Shown here piece after piece: positions 28,194-37,738 of a stretch of DNA of 64,000 bases. Made by a program: the position numbers and the translations under genes. Origin of the DNA: Candidatus Sulfotelmatobacter sp. (GTDB lineage: Bacteria > Acidobacteriota > Terriglobia > Terriglobales > Acidobacteriaceae); contig DATEHP010000075.1 of the NCBI GenBank assembly GCA_035279505.1, positions 1,071 through 65,070 on the forward strand, written 5' to 3'. The notes beneath the pieces were generated by a model. That model saw only the letters and a program-made list of their open reading frames with translations, was not told where the DNA came from and made no database searches. The stretch's first letter is position 1; every line of letters starts with the position of its first letter.

Positions 28194-29549
28194 ATGCACG
28201 ACACCACTCGTCCCGAGCCGAGCCGCCTTTATCGCTGGGTAGTTCTTATCTTTGTCAGTCTGGCCCAGGCTGGGAACTACTACATCTATGACAGCATCAA
28301 CGCGTTAGAGCGCATTTTCATCGACCACCTCGGCTTCTCTGCCACCCAATTCGGATGGCTGAACGCCAGCTACAGCGTGGCCGCCGTCGCAACACTTTTG
28401 GTTGGTGGAATCATCATCGATCGAATCGGAACCAAGAAGTCCATCCTCGCCTTCGCAGTGATCTGTTTCCTGGGAGCGGCACTCACCGCATCCAGGGGAA
28501 GCGCACCCGTGATGATCGCCGGACGCACTGTGTTAGGCCTCGGTGCCGAGTCGATGATCGTAGCCGTCACCACGGCGCTGGCGAAATGGTTCAGAGGGAA
28601 AGAGCTCAGTTTTGCCTTTGGTATCAATCTCACGATTGCCCGGCTCGCCTCCGTAGCTGCCGACAACTCCCCCACTTGGGCCAATCGAGCCTTCTACCCC
28701 GACGGACCGACGGGGCCGCCCAGTTGGCAGAACCCCTTGCTGATCGCCGTTGGCGCGGGACTCTTCGCCGTTGTGTGTTCGATCATCTATTGGTCCTTGG
28801 AGAGCCTTGCCGAGAAGCGGTATGAACTCGGCAAAGCTGGTACCACGGACAAGCTGGAATTCAGAGAAGTCTTTCGCTTTGACCTCTCGTATTGGCTTGT
28901 CGTGGGCCTTTGCTTCACCTTCTACTCGGCGATCTTCCCTTTTCGCACCTTTGCCATCGACCTTTTCACTAACAAGATTCTCGCGGCTCACGGCGGTGTG
29001 CTCGCTGGCGAGGCCGCCCGGGTCACATCCTTAGAGCAGGCTGGCCGCCTGAACAGCCTGCTGCCTCTGGCCGCTATGATTGCCACGCCGCTGTTCGGGC
29101 TTCTCGTCGACAAGGTTGGCAAGCGCGCCCTTTTCATGATGTTCGGGTCGCTCCTGCTGATGCCGGTCTATCTTATGATCGCTTACTCTCCAACTTCGCT
29201 TTACATACCGGTTTCCATGATGGGCATTGCATTCTCGCTGATTCCAGCCGTCATGTGGCCCTCGGTGGCTTACATCGTGGATCAGTCGCGGCTGGGCACC
29301 GCGTACGCTCTCATGACCCTAATTCAGCAAATTGGATTCTTCATGCTGAACCTGCTAATTGGGAAGGCGAACGATTACGCTCACGCGGGCTTGGACAATC
29401 CCAACGGATACGCCCTGGGAATGTGGATCTTCTCGGTCCTCGGTTTCGTAGGATTGGCCCTGGCTCTCCTGCTTCGCATCCGGGAAACAGGTCCGCACGG
29501 ACACGGATTGGAGACGATTACCACCGCGCACTCTGCCGCGACGGCGTGA
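28194..29549 (+). CDS. MFS transporter
   Basis: A 451-aa product with about 12 hydrophobic segments and an MFS-like loop motif (DRIGTKKS). Confidence 0.8.
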   Translation: MHDTTRPEPSRLYRWVVLIFVSLAQAGNYYIYDSINALERIFIDHLGFSATQFGWLNASYSVAAVATLLVGGIIIDRIGTKKSILAFAVICFLGAALTASRGSAPVMIAGRTVLGLGAESMIVAVTTALAKWFRGKELSFAFGINLTIARLASVAADNSPTWANRAFYPDGPTGPPSWQNPLLIAVGAGLFAVVCSIIYWSLESLAEKRYELGKAGTTDKLEFREVFRFDLSYWLVVGLCFTFYSAIFPFRTFAIDLFTNKILAAHGGVLAGEAARVTSLEQAGRLNSLLPLAAMIATPLFGLLVDKVGKRALFMMFGSLLLMPVYLMIAYSPTSLYIPVSMMGIAFSLIPAVMWPSVAYIVDQSRLGTAYALMTLIQQIGFFMLNLLIGKANDYAHAGLDNPNGYALGMWIFSVLGFVGLALALLLRIRETGPHGHGLETITTAHSAATA

Positions 29550-29717
29550 CCAGTTAGAGACCAAGAATTTACCAAATTACGAAGAACGCGACTCTAAATT
29601 TGGGATAGGGTTAAATGGTTATAGCGGCCAACTGTTTAACCTCGCACACCCAAAGGGCTTTCGCAGATCCGGGAAGAGGTGAGCAGAATCCGAAGAACGG
29701 TAGAATAGCTTTCAAAA

Positions 29718-30437
29718 GTGGAATCCATGAGTTACTTTCGTTCCGCGGCAACTGCTCGCAACCCATACAACGTAAAGATAGTTAGTCGCATCTCACGGGG
29801 TGCGGCCGGAAAAGGCAACTTGACCGACCCAGAGCAACGGCAGGCAGGCGATTCAGTCGAAGCCGAGCTGATCGAGAAGGCGAAGCTGGGAGACGCCCAG
29901 GCGTTCCAGGCCCTCTACGAGAAGCATAAACGGCGCGTGTACTCGCTTTGCCTGCGCATGACATCGAATACCGCGGAAGCTGAAGATTTGACCCAGGAGG
30001 CGTTTCTTCAGCTATACCGTAAGATTGCGACTTTCCGCGGCGAATCGGCGTTTTCGACGTGGTTGCATCGGCTCTCGGTAAACGTCGTGCTGATGCACCT
30101 GAGAAAAAAGAGCCTCCCGGTGGTTTCCCTGGAAGAGACCACACAGGGTGGCGCCGAAGACGATACCCCGAAGAAAGACTTCGGGGCCGAAGACATCGCG
30201 CTAGCCGGATCCATTGACCGGCTGCAGTTGCAGCGAGCAGTGGACGACCTGCCCCCCGGTTACCGGACGATTTTTGTTCTTCACGACGTCGAAGGTTACG
30301 AACATAATGAGATTGCCCAGATCGTGGGCTGCTCGATCGGGAACAGTAAGTCCCAGTTGCACAAAGCGCGCATGAAGTTGCGGGATCTGCTCAAAATGAA
30401 CCGGGCAGAAAAAGTAGCAAAAATTGAGAAATCCTGA
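29718..30437 (+). CDS. ECF-type RNA polymerase sigma-70 family factor
   Basis: Region 2 ([61 protein letters not shown]) and region 4 ([41 protein letters not shown]). The start (GTG 29718 or ATG 29727) is uncertain. Confidence 0.85.
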   Translation: MESMSYFRSAATARNPYNVKIVSRISRGAAGKGNLTDPEQRQAGDSVEAELIEKAKLGDAQAFQALYEKHKRRVYSLCLRMTSNTAEAEDLTQEAFLQLYRKIATFRGESAFSTWLHRLSVNVVLMHLRKKSLPVVSLEETTQGGAEDDTPKKDFGAEDIALAGSIDRLQLQRAVDDLPPGYRTIFVLHDVEGYEHNEIAQIVGCSIGNSKSQLHKARMKLRDLLKMNRAEKVAKIEKS

Positions 30438-30562
30438 AGCCCACCTACAGGCAACAAAGTAGTAGACAGAGCCAGCGAAGACTGGCGGCGGGTGGCGCGA
30501 CCGAAAGTGCAAGCATTTGAAGTGGCAGTCTATTGAGGCAGCAGAGGCTTGGGGAGAGCAGT

Positions 30563-31195
30563 ATGACTTGCGTTGAGTTGCAAGAAAGCCTGGTGGAGAA
30601 CGAAAGCGGCAGCAGCGCCGAACAACGAGATCATCTTAGAAATTGTCCTAAATGCTCGAAATTGGTGGCGGAACTTCTCGTCATTGCCTGCTCGGCGGGC
30701 GATCTGCAGGCGGCGCATGAACCGAATCCCCGTGTTTGGAAATCCATCGAAGCTTCTTTAAGACGGGAGGGGCTGATCCGCCCTCAGCGTAGAAGTCTCT
30801 CCCTTCTTCCGTCTTTAGGCAGTCAATGGAGTTGGGCTCGCTGGATGGCACCGGCGGCGGCGCTCCTGTTGGTCAGCCTCGGCATTTACCTCCGGCAGCA
30901 CTCGCAGACGACGGACACTGGCGCCCAAATCATCACCGCTCCCGCACCCATCGTTTCCGATGCAGCTATCGCCGGCCTCAACGACGACGACCTGCTGCAG
31001 GAGGCCGGGCAACAGTCTCCCGCTCTGCAGGAGCAGTACGCTGACAATCTGCGTCATGTGAATCAGTACATCCAGGATGCGAAGAATACTGTCGCCGCCG
31101 ATCCGGACGACGAAGAGGCTCGCCGTACGTTGATGGAGGCTTACCAGGAAAAGGCCATGCTATTCGAACTGGCTTTGGATCGTTCTTTGCAGTAA
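30563..31195 (+). CDS. anti-sigma factor (zf-HC2-like N-terminus, one TM)
   Basis: It lies immediately downstream of the ECF sigma gene. The N-terminus CVELQ...HLRNCPKCSKL is a putative zinc finger, and there is a TM segment WMAPAAALLLVSLGIYL. Confidence 0.7.
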   Translation: MTCVELQESLVENESGSSAEQRDHLRNCPKCSKLVAELLVIACSAGDLQAAHEPNPRVWKSIEASLRREGLIRPQRRSLSLLPSLGSQWSWARWMAPAAALLLVSLGIYLRQHSQTTDTGAQIITAPAPIVSDAAIAGLNDDDLLQEAGQQSPALQEQYADNLRHVNQYIQDAKNTVAADPDDEEARRTLMEAYQEKAMLFELALDRSLQ

Positions 31196-31239
31196 CTTGC
31201 AATGTGTCGTGCGGACAGATAAAAGGATCTGAGAACTCT

Positions 31240-32109
31240 ATGAGCGGGCACACAATTCAACTTGCCACCATCAGCGCTGTCCTGGCCGGAACGATCATGT
31301 CCGGAACGCTGCTCGCCGAGACGCACAAGGAGTACCGGTTTAATGTCGGGCCGAGAGCCGGAGTTTCGGTAAACAATCCCTATGGGTCGGTTTCCGTAAG
31401 GCCTTCGACCGGCAACATCGTAGTGATCAATGCCGTTCTCTCCTCCGACCGAGTCGAAGTCGACAATGCGCTGGTCGGAAACAGAGTTGAGATTCAGTCG
31501 CATCTCCTTCCCGGCGCAGATGCCCAGTCCGGGCGCGTCGACTATGAGATTCTCGCCCCCGCCGACGCCAGCATCACCCTGCATTCCAGCACTGGAAACT
31601 TGCGCGCCGAGAAGCTTCACGGCGACGTTTCATTGGAAGGCGCGGCCGCAACCGTTGACGTCCGCGACATCACCAACGCTCACGTGCACATCAAGACTCT
31701 CAATGGCCCCATCACGCTGACCAACGTGCAGGACGGGCACGTCGAAATCGACTCTCTCAGCGGCAACGTTACTCTTAGAGCCGTCAACGGTCCGCTCGTC
31801 CAGGTCGTTTCCACCAGTGGCGGAATTAGTTACATCGGCGATTTCGGCGATCATGGCGATTACCGCTTCACCAGCCACAGTGGCGACATAGACGCAGTTG
31901 TTCCGGGTAGCACTTCCGCCGATGTGAGCGCTCGCTCCGTCCGCGGCGAAGTGCACGACGACATTCCTCTTCAACCCAAGCAACACACCATTATCATCAA
32001 AGAGGGCGTTGCCTTATGGGGTACCATGGGTCGTGCCGCCGTCTCCTCCACGGTGGTGCTGCGTAGCTTCAGTGGTAAAATCCACCTCAGAAAACGCGCA
32101 TCAGAATAG
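31240..32109 (+). CDS. DUF4097-like beta-helical protein (putative adhesin family) of the sigma/anti-sigma module
   Basis: Repetitive G(S/N)(V/I)(S/T)(V/L) strands (YGSVSVRPS, TGNLRAEKL, NGPITLTN, SGNVTLRA, SGGISYIG, SGDIDAVV, SGKIHLRK) typical of DUF4097. Confidence 0.6.
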   Translation: MSGHTIQLATISAVLAGTIMSGTLLAETHKEYRFNVGPRAGVSVNNPYGSVSVRPSTGNIVVINAVLSSDRVEVDNALVGNRVEIQSHLLPGADAQSGRVDYEILAPADASITLHSSTGNLRAEKLHGDVSLEGAAATVDVRDITNAHVHIKTLNGPITLTNVQDGHVEIDSLSGNVTLRAVNGPLVQVVSTSGGISYIGDFGDHGDYRFTSHSGDIDAVVPGSTSADVSARSVRGEVHDDIPLQPKQHTIIIKEGVALWGTMGRAAVSSTVVLRSFSGKIHLRKRASE

Positions 32110-32132
32110 CGAATCAAAGAAATCCGGACCGT

Positions 32133-32774
32133 TTGAAGCAGCGTTCTGGCAAGACGGTGGGCGCGAAGGGGCGTCATCGCGTGCAGTCCCGGCTTCCCCA
32201 CGAGTACCGTCTTTCAGGCATCTTCCTGGTCGGCTTTATGGGAGCCGGCAAGACCAGTGTCGGCCGCGCTCTGGCGCGCCATCTGAACTGGGCTTTTGAG
32301 GATCTCGATGAGCGCATTGAGCGTCTCGAACGCCGCACAGTACCCGAGATTTTCCGTGAGTCCGGTGAATCTGAATTCCGCCGCGCAGAACATGCGGCCG
32401 TGCGCGATGTGCTGGCCGAGCTGGAGGGAGGCGCAGTCAAAGTCGTAGCCTTGGGCGGCGGCGCATCTGTCCAGGAAAGCAATGCGGCTCTGCTGGGAGC
32501 GTCCGGCGTGCCCACGGTCTTTCTGGACGCACCGGTCGAGGAACTCTGGCAACGCTGCTTGAAACAGGCTGGCGAAACAGGGGCGGAGCGCCCGTTGCTG
32601 GGTAGCACCGACCAATTTCGCGAACTTTTTGAAACGAGGCGCAAGCACTACTTGCAAGCCTCTCACAAGATTCAAACTGAAGGACGCACTTTCGAGGAGA
32701 TCGCCTCCGAGATCGCCGCAACGCTGGGTTTGAAGAAGATTGAGATCCGGACCCAACCAGGAGAAGTCGAGTGA
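32133..32774 (+). CDS. aroK: shikimate kinase
   Basis: IFLVGFMGAGKTSVGRALA (P-loop) followed by FEDLDERIE. The N-terminal extension and start (TTG 32133) are uncertain. Confidence 0.85.
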   Translation: MKQRSGKTVGAKGRHRVQSRLPHEYRLSGIFLVGFMGAGKTSVGRALARHLNWAFEDLDERIERLERRTVPEIFRESGESEFRRAEHAAVRDVLAELEGGAVKVVALGGGASVQESNAALLGASGVPTVFLDAPVEELWQRCLKQAGETGAERPLLGSTDQFRELFETRRKHYLQASHKIQTEGRTFEEIASEIAATLGLKKIEIRTQPGEVE

Positions 32775-33532
32775 AGTTTGATTTGCGAATCGTCCGTGCT
32801 GTCGCCTTGCTGGCCGCCGTCTTTTTGACGGTGTCTGCTGCTGCCTCCGACAAGAAGAAAGACCAGGCCAAAGCAGCCCCCACTCAGACGGTCGATTCGG
32901 GGTCTTTCGGCATATTTGTGAAAGGGGCACGGGTCGCCACCGAGACCTTCAGCATCCAGCAGCAAGCTACTTCCAGCCTTATAAAGTCTCAATTGAAGCA
33001 AACGGTGGGCGAGGATCCAATCAGCCAGAGGAGCGATCTCGAAATGACGGCTGCAGGCGAGTTGATTCGCTACGAATGGAGTCAGTCTTCCGGTGGTTCT
33101 CTGTCCGTATTCCCGAATAACGAATTCCTGCTGGAAAAGATCAGCACGCCTTCATCCTCAAAACCCGCTGAAAAGCCTTTCCTGATGCCGAGCAGTTCCG
33201 CCATCCTCGACAACAACTTTTTCGTGCACCGCGAGGTTCTGATCTGGCGATATCTGGCCGCAGCCTGCAAGCCCGAGGGTGGCGCTTTGAAATGCCAGCA
33301 GGACCCTGGAGATTTCGGTGTACTCGTTCCCCAGGAAAGCACTTCCATGCACGTCCGCATGGAACTGGTTGGAAAACAAAAAATTCCAGTCCGCGGAACC
33401 GACCGCGAACTCATGCGACTGAATCTAAAGGGTGACGATTTTGACTGGGCCCTTTGGGTCGATGAACAAGATCATTTCAAGCTCATACGAGTGGCGATCC
33501 CTGCCGATAACACCGAAGTAGTCCGGGATTAG
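32771..33532 (+). CDS. secreted hypothetical protein
   Basis: The GTG start overlaps the aroK stop (GTGA). The signal-like N-terminus is MKFDLRIVRAVALLAAVFLTVSAAAS. No family recognised. Confidence 0.5.
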   Translation: MKFDLRIVRAVALLAAVFLTVSAAASDKKKDQAKAAPTQTVDSGSFGIFVKGARVATETFSIQQQATSSLIKSQLKQTVGEDPISQRSDLEMTAAGELIRYEWSQSSGGSLSVFPNNEFLLEKISTPSSSKPAEKPFLMPSSSAILDNNFFVHREVLIWRYLAAACKPEGGALKCQQDPGDFGVLVPQESTSMHVRMELVGKQKIPVRGTDRELMRLNLKGDDFDWALWVDEQDHFKLIRVAIPADNTEVVRD

Positions 33533-33578
33533 CTGTAGCTGCCCGGCGGCAGAAGCGAGACCGCCCCTGGAAAACTTA

Positions 33579-34670
33579 TTGCTGCTGGCTGACGCACGTA
33601 CGGCTCGGGTCATTATCACGGTGCTGCTCTTCGCGCTGGGTCTGGGCTTTCTGTACGTCACGCGCGACACCCTCATCGCCTTCCTCTTCGCCATTTTCTT
33701 CGCCTACCTCATGAGCCCTCTGGTGGCGAACCTGGAGAAACTCCTCCGGGGCCGAGGCGGCGCTATCGCGGTGATCTATACCCTCCTGCTGGCTTTGGTG
33801 GTCGTGTTCTTTGTGATCGTTGGTCCGAAAGTGACGCGAGATGCTGCCCGCCTGGGGCATGCGTTACCGGGACTGCTGGAAAAGCTCAGTTCCGGCGAGA
33901 TCACAAAGACACTCGGACAGCAGCACGGTTGGAGTGGTCAAACCGTTGACGCAATCGACAGCTTCCTGGTTTCTCATCAGAACGACATCACGGACATTGC
34001 CCAGCGAATCGGCTTGCGTACCGCCGACGTCGCTAAACAAGCCTGGCTGCTGTTCGTCGTCCCTTTGCTGTCAATTTTCTTTTTGAAAGACGGCCGCGCG
34101 TTTAGCGATTTCCTGCTCTCCACCATCCAGTCCCGCCCGCAGCGCGAATTCCTTGAAAACGTGCTCAACGATCTCAATCACATGCTGGCGCACTTTATCC
34201 GGGCTCAGCTGTCGCTGGCCGGGCTATCCCTGGTAGTGTATTCCGCCTTTCTCGGTTCCATGCGTTTTCCCTACCCGCTCGTGCTCGGAACCATTGGCGG
34301 AGTGCTGGAGTTCGTCCCTGTCGTTGGTCCGCTGGTTGCCGGGCTGACGATCATCAGCGTTGCCCTTCTGACCAGCTATCCCCACTGGCTCGTGATCATC
34401 ATCTTTCTCGTGGTCTGGCGCGTCATCCAGGATTACGTCTCCTCTCCGCGCATCATGGGCGAAAGCATGGAACTCCATCCCTTGGCCGCCATCTTCGGAG
34501 TCATGGCGGGAGCGGAAATCGCCGGAATCCTGGGCATTTATCTATCCATTCCGGTCATGGCCAGTCTCCGCATCGTCTTCCGCCGCTGGCGTCTTTACAC
34601 CGAGAAAAAGAAATTTGGCCCCCTGACCGCCGAATATTCCATCGGCAGTGCAGGCGGTCACCGTAAATAG
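33579..34670 (+). CDS. AI-2E family transporter (PerM/UPF0118)
   Basis: A polytopic 363-aa product with the C-terminal conserved region LEFVPVVGPLVAG...HPLAAIFGVMAG. Confidence 0.8.
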   Translation: MLLADARTARVIITVLLFALGLGFLYVTRDTLIAFLFAIFFAYLMSPLVANLEKLLRGRGGAIAVIYTLLLALVVVFFVIVGPKVTRDAARLGHALPGLLEKLSSGEITKTLGQQHGWSGQTVDAIDSFLVSHQNDITDIAQRIGLRTADVAKQAWLLFVVPLLSIFFLKDGRAFSDFLLSTIQSRPQREFLENVLNDLNHMLAHFIRAQLSLAGLSLVVYSAFLGSMRFPYPLVLGTIGGVLEFVPVVGPLVAGLTIISVALLTSYPHWLVIIIFLVVWRVIQDYVSSPRIMGESMELHPLAAIFGVMAGAEIAGILGIYLSIPVMASLRIVFRRWRLYTEKKKFGPLTAEYSIGSAGGHRK

Positions 34671-34695
34671 AGGGCGCTAATCACCATGCCCCGGC

Positions 34696-34740
34696 GTCAT
34701 CCTGAGCGGAGTCGCCTTTCAGGCGAAGCGAAGGATCTCA
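34696..34740. repeat. REP-like family A copy (GTCATCCTGAGCG...CGAAGGATC)
   Basis: GTCATCCTGAGCGGAGTCGCCTTTCAGGCGAAGCGAAGGATCTCA. It shares both termini with 35964-36010 and 46686-46747. Confidence 0.8.
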
Positions 34741-34868
34741 AATGAGGGCTACAGGCGGTGGCTCAGGCAACATCTCAGCCCTGTGGCAACCCGACTCAGT
34801 GACCTAAGGCCGAACACCCAAGACCTGATTCCCAGGCCACCTCTTGTTATAAAATTCCAAGTACTCAC

Positions 34869-35921
34869 ATGAACAAGAAGATTCCTATCGGCATTCTCGG
34901 CGCTACGGGTGTAGTCGGACAACGATTCATCCAGATGCTGGAGCACCATCCCTGGTTTGAAGTCGCGTGGCTGGCGGCCTCGGATCGCTCTGAGGGCAAG
35001 GTTTATAACGACGCCGCGCGCTGGCGCCTGAAAACGCCTATTCCCCCCGCCGTGGCGAAAATGATGGTGTCCCCGGCAACTCCGCAAGGCGCGCCGAAGA
35101 TTATCTTTGCCGCTCTCGATTCCGCAATCGCCGCTGAACTGGAACCGCGTTTCGCCGACGCTGGTTGCGCCGTAGTCTCCAACTCCAGCGCGCTTCGCAT
35201 GCAGGAAGACGTCCCGCTGGTCATCCCCGAAGTCAACAGCGGCCACATCAAGCTGATCGATATCCAGGGATGGCGAAAAAAATCCGGTGGATATGTCGTC
35301 ACTAATCCCAACTGCTCGGCGATCGGTCTCGTTCTGGCACTCGCGCCCCTGCATCAGAAATTCGGGCTCGAAACCGTCATGGCGGTCACGATGCAAGCAG
35401 TCAGCGGCGCTGGATACCCGGGCGTGGCCTCGCTCGACATCCTCGGCAACGTGATTCCCTTCATCAAGAATGAAGAAGAAAAGATGGAAGAGGAGACGAA
35501 GAAGCTCCTGGGGAACCTCAATGGCTCCAAAGTCATCCCTGGCCCCTTTGCCATGAGTGCGCAGTGCAACCGCGTGGCCGTGGAAGACGGTCACACCGAG
35601 TCCGTATCGATTCGATTGAAGAAGAAGACGAAGCCGGAAGAAATCATCGCCGCATGGAACAGCTACAAAGCCGAACCGCAGGAACTAATGCTCCCCAGCG
35701 CTCCGGAAAAACCCGTAGTCTACCTCGAAGCGAATGATCGTCCGCAACCGCGCTTCGACGTCGACATGGGCGCGGGCATGACGACTGCCGTCGGTCGCCT
35801 GCGCCCGTGCAGCGTCCTCGACTGGAAGTTCACGGTTCTGTCGCACAACACGATCCGCGGAGCCGCCGGAGCCGCCGTGTTAAACGCCGAACTCCTGAAA
35901 GCCAAGGGATACCTGGGATGA
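34869..35921 (+). CDS. asd: aspartate-semialdehyde dehydrogenase
   Basis: GILGATGVVGQRF (NAD(P) fold), NPNCSAIGL (active-site Cys) and SHNTIRGAAG are Asd hallmarks. Confidence 0.9.
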   Translation: MNKKIPIGILGATGVVGQRFIQMLEHHPWFEVAWLAASDRSEGKVYNDAARWRLKTPIPPAVAKMMVSPATPQGAPKIIFAALDSAIAAELEPRFADAGCAVVSNSSALRMQEDVPLVIPEVNSGHIKLIDIQGWRKKSGGYVVTNPNCSAIGLVLALAPLHQKFGLETVMAVTMQAVSGAGYPGVASLDILGNVIPFIKNEEEKMEEETKKLLGNLNGSKVIPGPFAMSAQCNRVAVEDGHTESVSIRLKKKTKPEEIIAAWNSYKAEPQELMLPSAPEKPVVYLEANDRPQPRFDVDMGAGMTTAVGRLRPCSVLDWKFTVLSHNTIRGAAGAAVLNAELLKAKGYLG

Positions 35922-35963
35922 CGGGGCGTGGCGCGAGGCAGACGCGACAACATCAACTTTGGC

Positions 35964-36010
35964 GTCATCCTGAGCGGAGCCGTTCTTCAGGCGGAGCGAA
36001 GGATCTCTCG
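35964..36010. repeat. REP-like family A copy
   Basis: GTCATCCTGAGCGGAGCCGTTCTTCAGGCGGAGCGAAGGATCTCTCG. Confidence 0.8.
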
Positions 36011-36051
36011 CGTGTCAGGGTGACGGCTGCGGGAATCACTGATTCCGCTCC

Positions 36052-36089
36052 GGGGTGCCCCACCTCTGGCCGGTTTTGCCAAAAGTGGG
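36052..36089. repeat. REP family C copy (GGGGTGCCCC...), inverse orientation relative to 62003-62039
   Basis: The reverse complement CCCACTTTTGGCAAAACCGGCCAGAGGTGGGGCACCCC parallels CCCACCCTTCGCAAAGTGCGCGAAGAGTGGGGCACCC next to the RAYT gene. Confidence 0.6.
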
Positions 36090-36195
36090 AATCTCGGCCG
36101 AGTGCAATCGAGACCTTTCGCTATTCATCGCAGGGGTTGGCGGCCCTCGCATGGGCACGTGGTGCCGAAAGCCGGTCATCTCAGAGGCCTCCAAG

Positions 36196-37569
36196 ATGAT
36201 CGTCATGAAATTCGGCGGCACCTCCGTCGAAGACGCCAAAGCTATCGACCGCGTCGCCTCGATCGTCCACGGACGCCTCGACAAGCAACCCGTGGTCGTG
36301 GTCAGCGCTATGGCCAAAGTCACTGACACCTTGCTGACCATGGCTCGCGCCGCCGGTGAAGGCGAGCGCAAGACCGCGCTCAAACTCTGCCGCTCGCTGC
36401 AGGAACGCCACTACAACACAGCCAGCGAACTTCTCGGCACCGCCCGCTTCACGGAATTCCATTCCGAACTCGGCCAGGATTTTGAATCTCTCGATGAACT
36501 CCTCCGCGGCATCTCTGCCGTCGGCGAAATCACTCCCCGCACCACCGATCACGTCGCTGCATTCGGCGAGATGCTTTCCAGCAAGATCGTCGCCGCCGCT
36601 TTCGAAGCTCGCGGCTTGAAAGGCGCTCACGTCGACTCTCGCGATGTGCTCGTCACCGACAACGCATACATGCAGGCCGTGCCTCAGTACGAAGAAACAA
36701 ATCTTCGACTTCAAGAAAAGGTTCTTTCGCTCGTCAAAGCGGGACGAGTTCCTGTCATGGGCGGATTCATCGGTTCCAACCGCGCCGGCATCACGACAAC
36801 GATCGGCCGCGGAGGCTCTGACTTTTCCGCCGCCATCTTCGGCGCCGGGCTGGGCGCCGACAAAATCGAGATCTGGACCGATGTCGACGGCATTCTTACG
36901 ACGGATCCGCGCCTCTGTCCGGAAGCGCGACGGATCAAAGTGATCAGTTTCGACGAAGCCGCCGAGCTTGCGTACTTCGGCGCAAAAGTCCTGCACCCGG
37001 CCACGGTTCTGCCTGCCATTCAGAAGAACATTCCGGTGTATGTGCTGAACTCTCGCAATCCCGCGTGCGAAGGCACGCGCATCACCACCCGCGCACCGCA
37101 CACCAAGAACATCTTCAAAGCAATCGCCGCCAAGAAGCGCATTACGATCGTCGACGTCGCCGCCCCGCGCATGCTGCTGGCCCACGGATTCCTGCGCTCC
37201 ATCTTCGAAGCCTTCGACCGCCACAAAGTCGCGGTTGACGTGGTCTCGACCTCGGAAGTCAGCGTCTCGCTTACAGTCGATTCGAATCAGGCTATTCCTG
37301 CTCTGGCCGCCGATCTCGCCAAGTTAGCCGACGTGAAATACGAAGGCCGCAAAGCCATCGTCTGCCTGGTAGGAGAAAACCTGCGCGAAACTCCGGGCAT
37401 CGCTGCGCACGTCTTTCGTGAGCTCGCGGACAAAAAGATCCGCATGATCTCCCAAGGGGCCTCAGAAATTAATCTGACGTTCGTCATCGAAGAAGATGAA
37501 GTGCCCGAAGTGATCCAGCGCTTGCATAAAACGTTCTTCTCGGAACTAGACCCCGAAGTCTTCGCCTAG
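36196..37569 (+). CDS. lysC: aspartate kinase
   Basis: The inner ATG gives MIVMKFGGTSV, followed by TTIGRGGSDFSA and C-terminal ACT-like repeats. The product is 457 aa. Confidence 0.9.
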   Translation: MIVMKFGGTSVEDAKAIDRVASIVHGRLDKQPVVVVSAMAKVTDTLLTMARAAGEGERKTALKLCRSLQERHYNTASELLGTARFTEFHSELGQDFESLDELLRGISAVGEITPRTTDHVAAFGEMLSSKIVAAAFEARGLKGAHVDSRDVLVTDNAYMQAVPQYEETNLRLQEKVLSLVKAGRVPVMGGFIGSNRAGITTTIGRGGSDFSAAIFGAGLGADKIEIWTDVDGILTTDPRLCPEARRIKVISFDEAAELAYFGAKVLHPATVLPAIQKNIPVYVLNSRNPACEGTRITTRAPHTKNIFKAIAAKKRITIVDVAAPRMLLAHGFLRSIFEAFDRHKVAVDVVSTSEVSVSLTVDSNQAIPALAADLAKLADVKYEGRKAIVCLVGENLRETPGIAAHVFRELADKKIRMISQGASEINLTFVIEEDEVPEVIQRLHKTFFSELDPEVFA

Positions 37570-37575
37570 ATTGTG

Positions 37576-37602
37576 TAGGGGCGGACGCCTTCGTCCGCCC
37601 CG
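37576..37602. repeat. GC hairpin of REP-like family B style downstream of lysC
   Basis: GTAGGGGCGGACGCCTTCGTCCGCCCC has a 10-bp stem and a 4-nt loop with no T tract. It has the same GTAGGG + stem-loop layout as 46621-46645. Confidence 0.55.
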
Positions 37603-37738
37603 CGAGAGTAGCGAGCGTGTCGCGCCACCGCACTTCAGCTGTCATGCGCAGCGGAGCAGCGAGCGCAAACTCAGGTAGCGAGCGTAATTAGGACTGACGG
37701 CCCCCGGACGAATGGGTCCGGGGCCACACGGTTCGTTC

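Noticed and set aside
29609-29641. 7-bp inverted repeat GGTTAAA-N19-TTTAACC upstream of the ECF sigma gene as an operator or ECF promoter
   Set aside because: The arms are short and AT-rich with a long spacer. I found no GGAAC/CGT-type ECF -35/-10 consensus. This is too weak to call.
35922-36195. Lysine (L-box) riboswitch upstream of lysC
   Set aside because: The leader is made of REP family A and C copies. The AGAGGCGC / GCCGAAG / ACTGTCA elements are not present in L-box order.
36181-37224. 347-aa antisense ORF opposite lysC, and similar long shadow ORFs (3087-3905, 8195-9262, 25039-26067, 40129-41016, 44873-45649, 47750-48649, 52917-53984)
   Set aside because: Each lies fully inside a strongly supported gene on the other strand. 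They have Arg/Gly/Asp/His-biased low-complexity composition, typical of GC-rich antisense frames.
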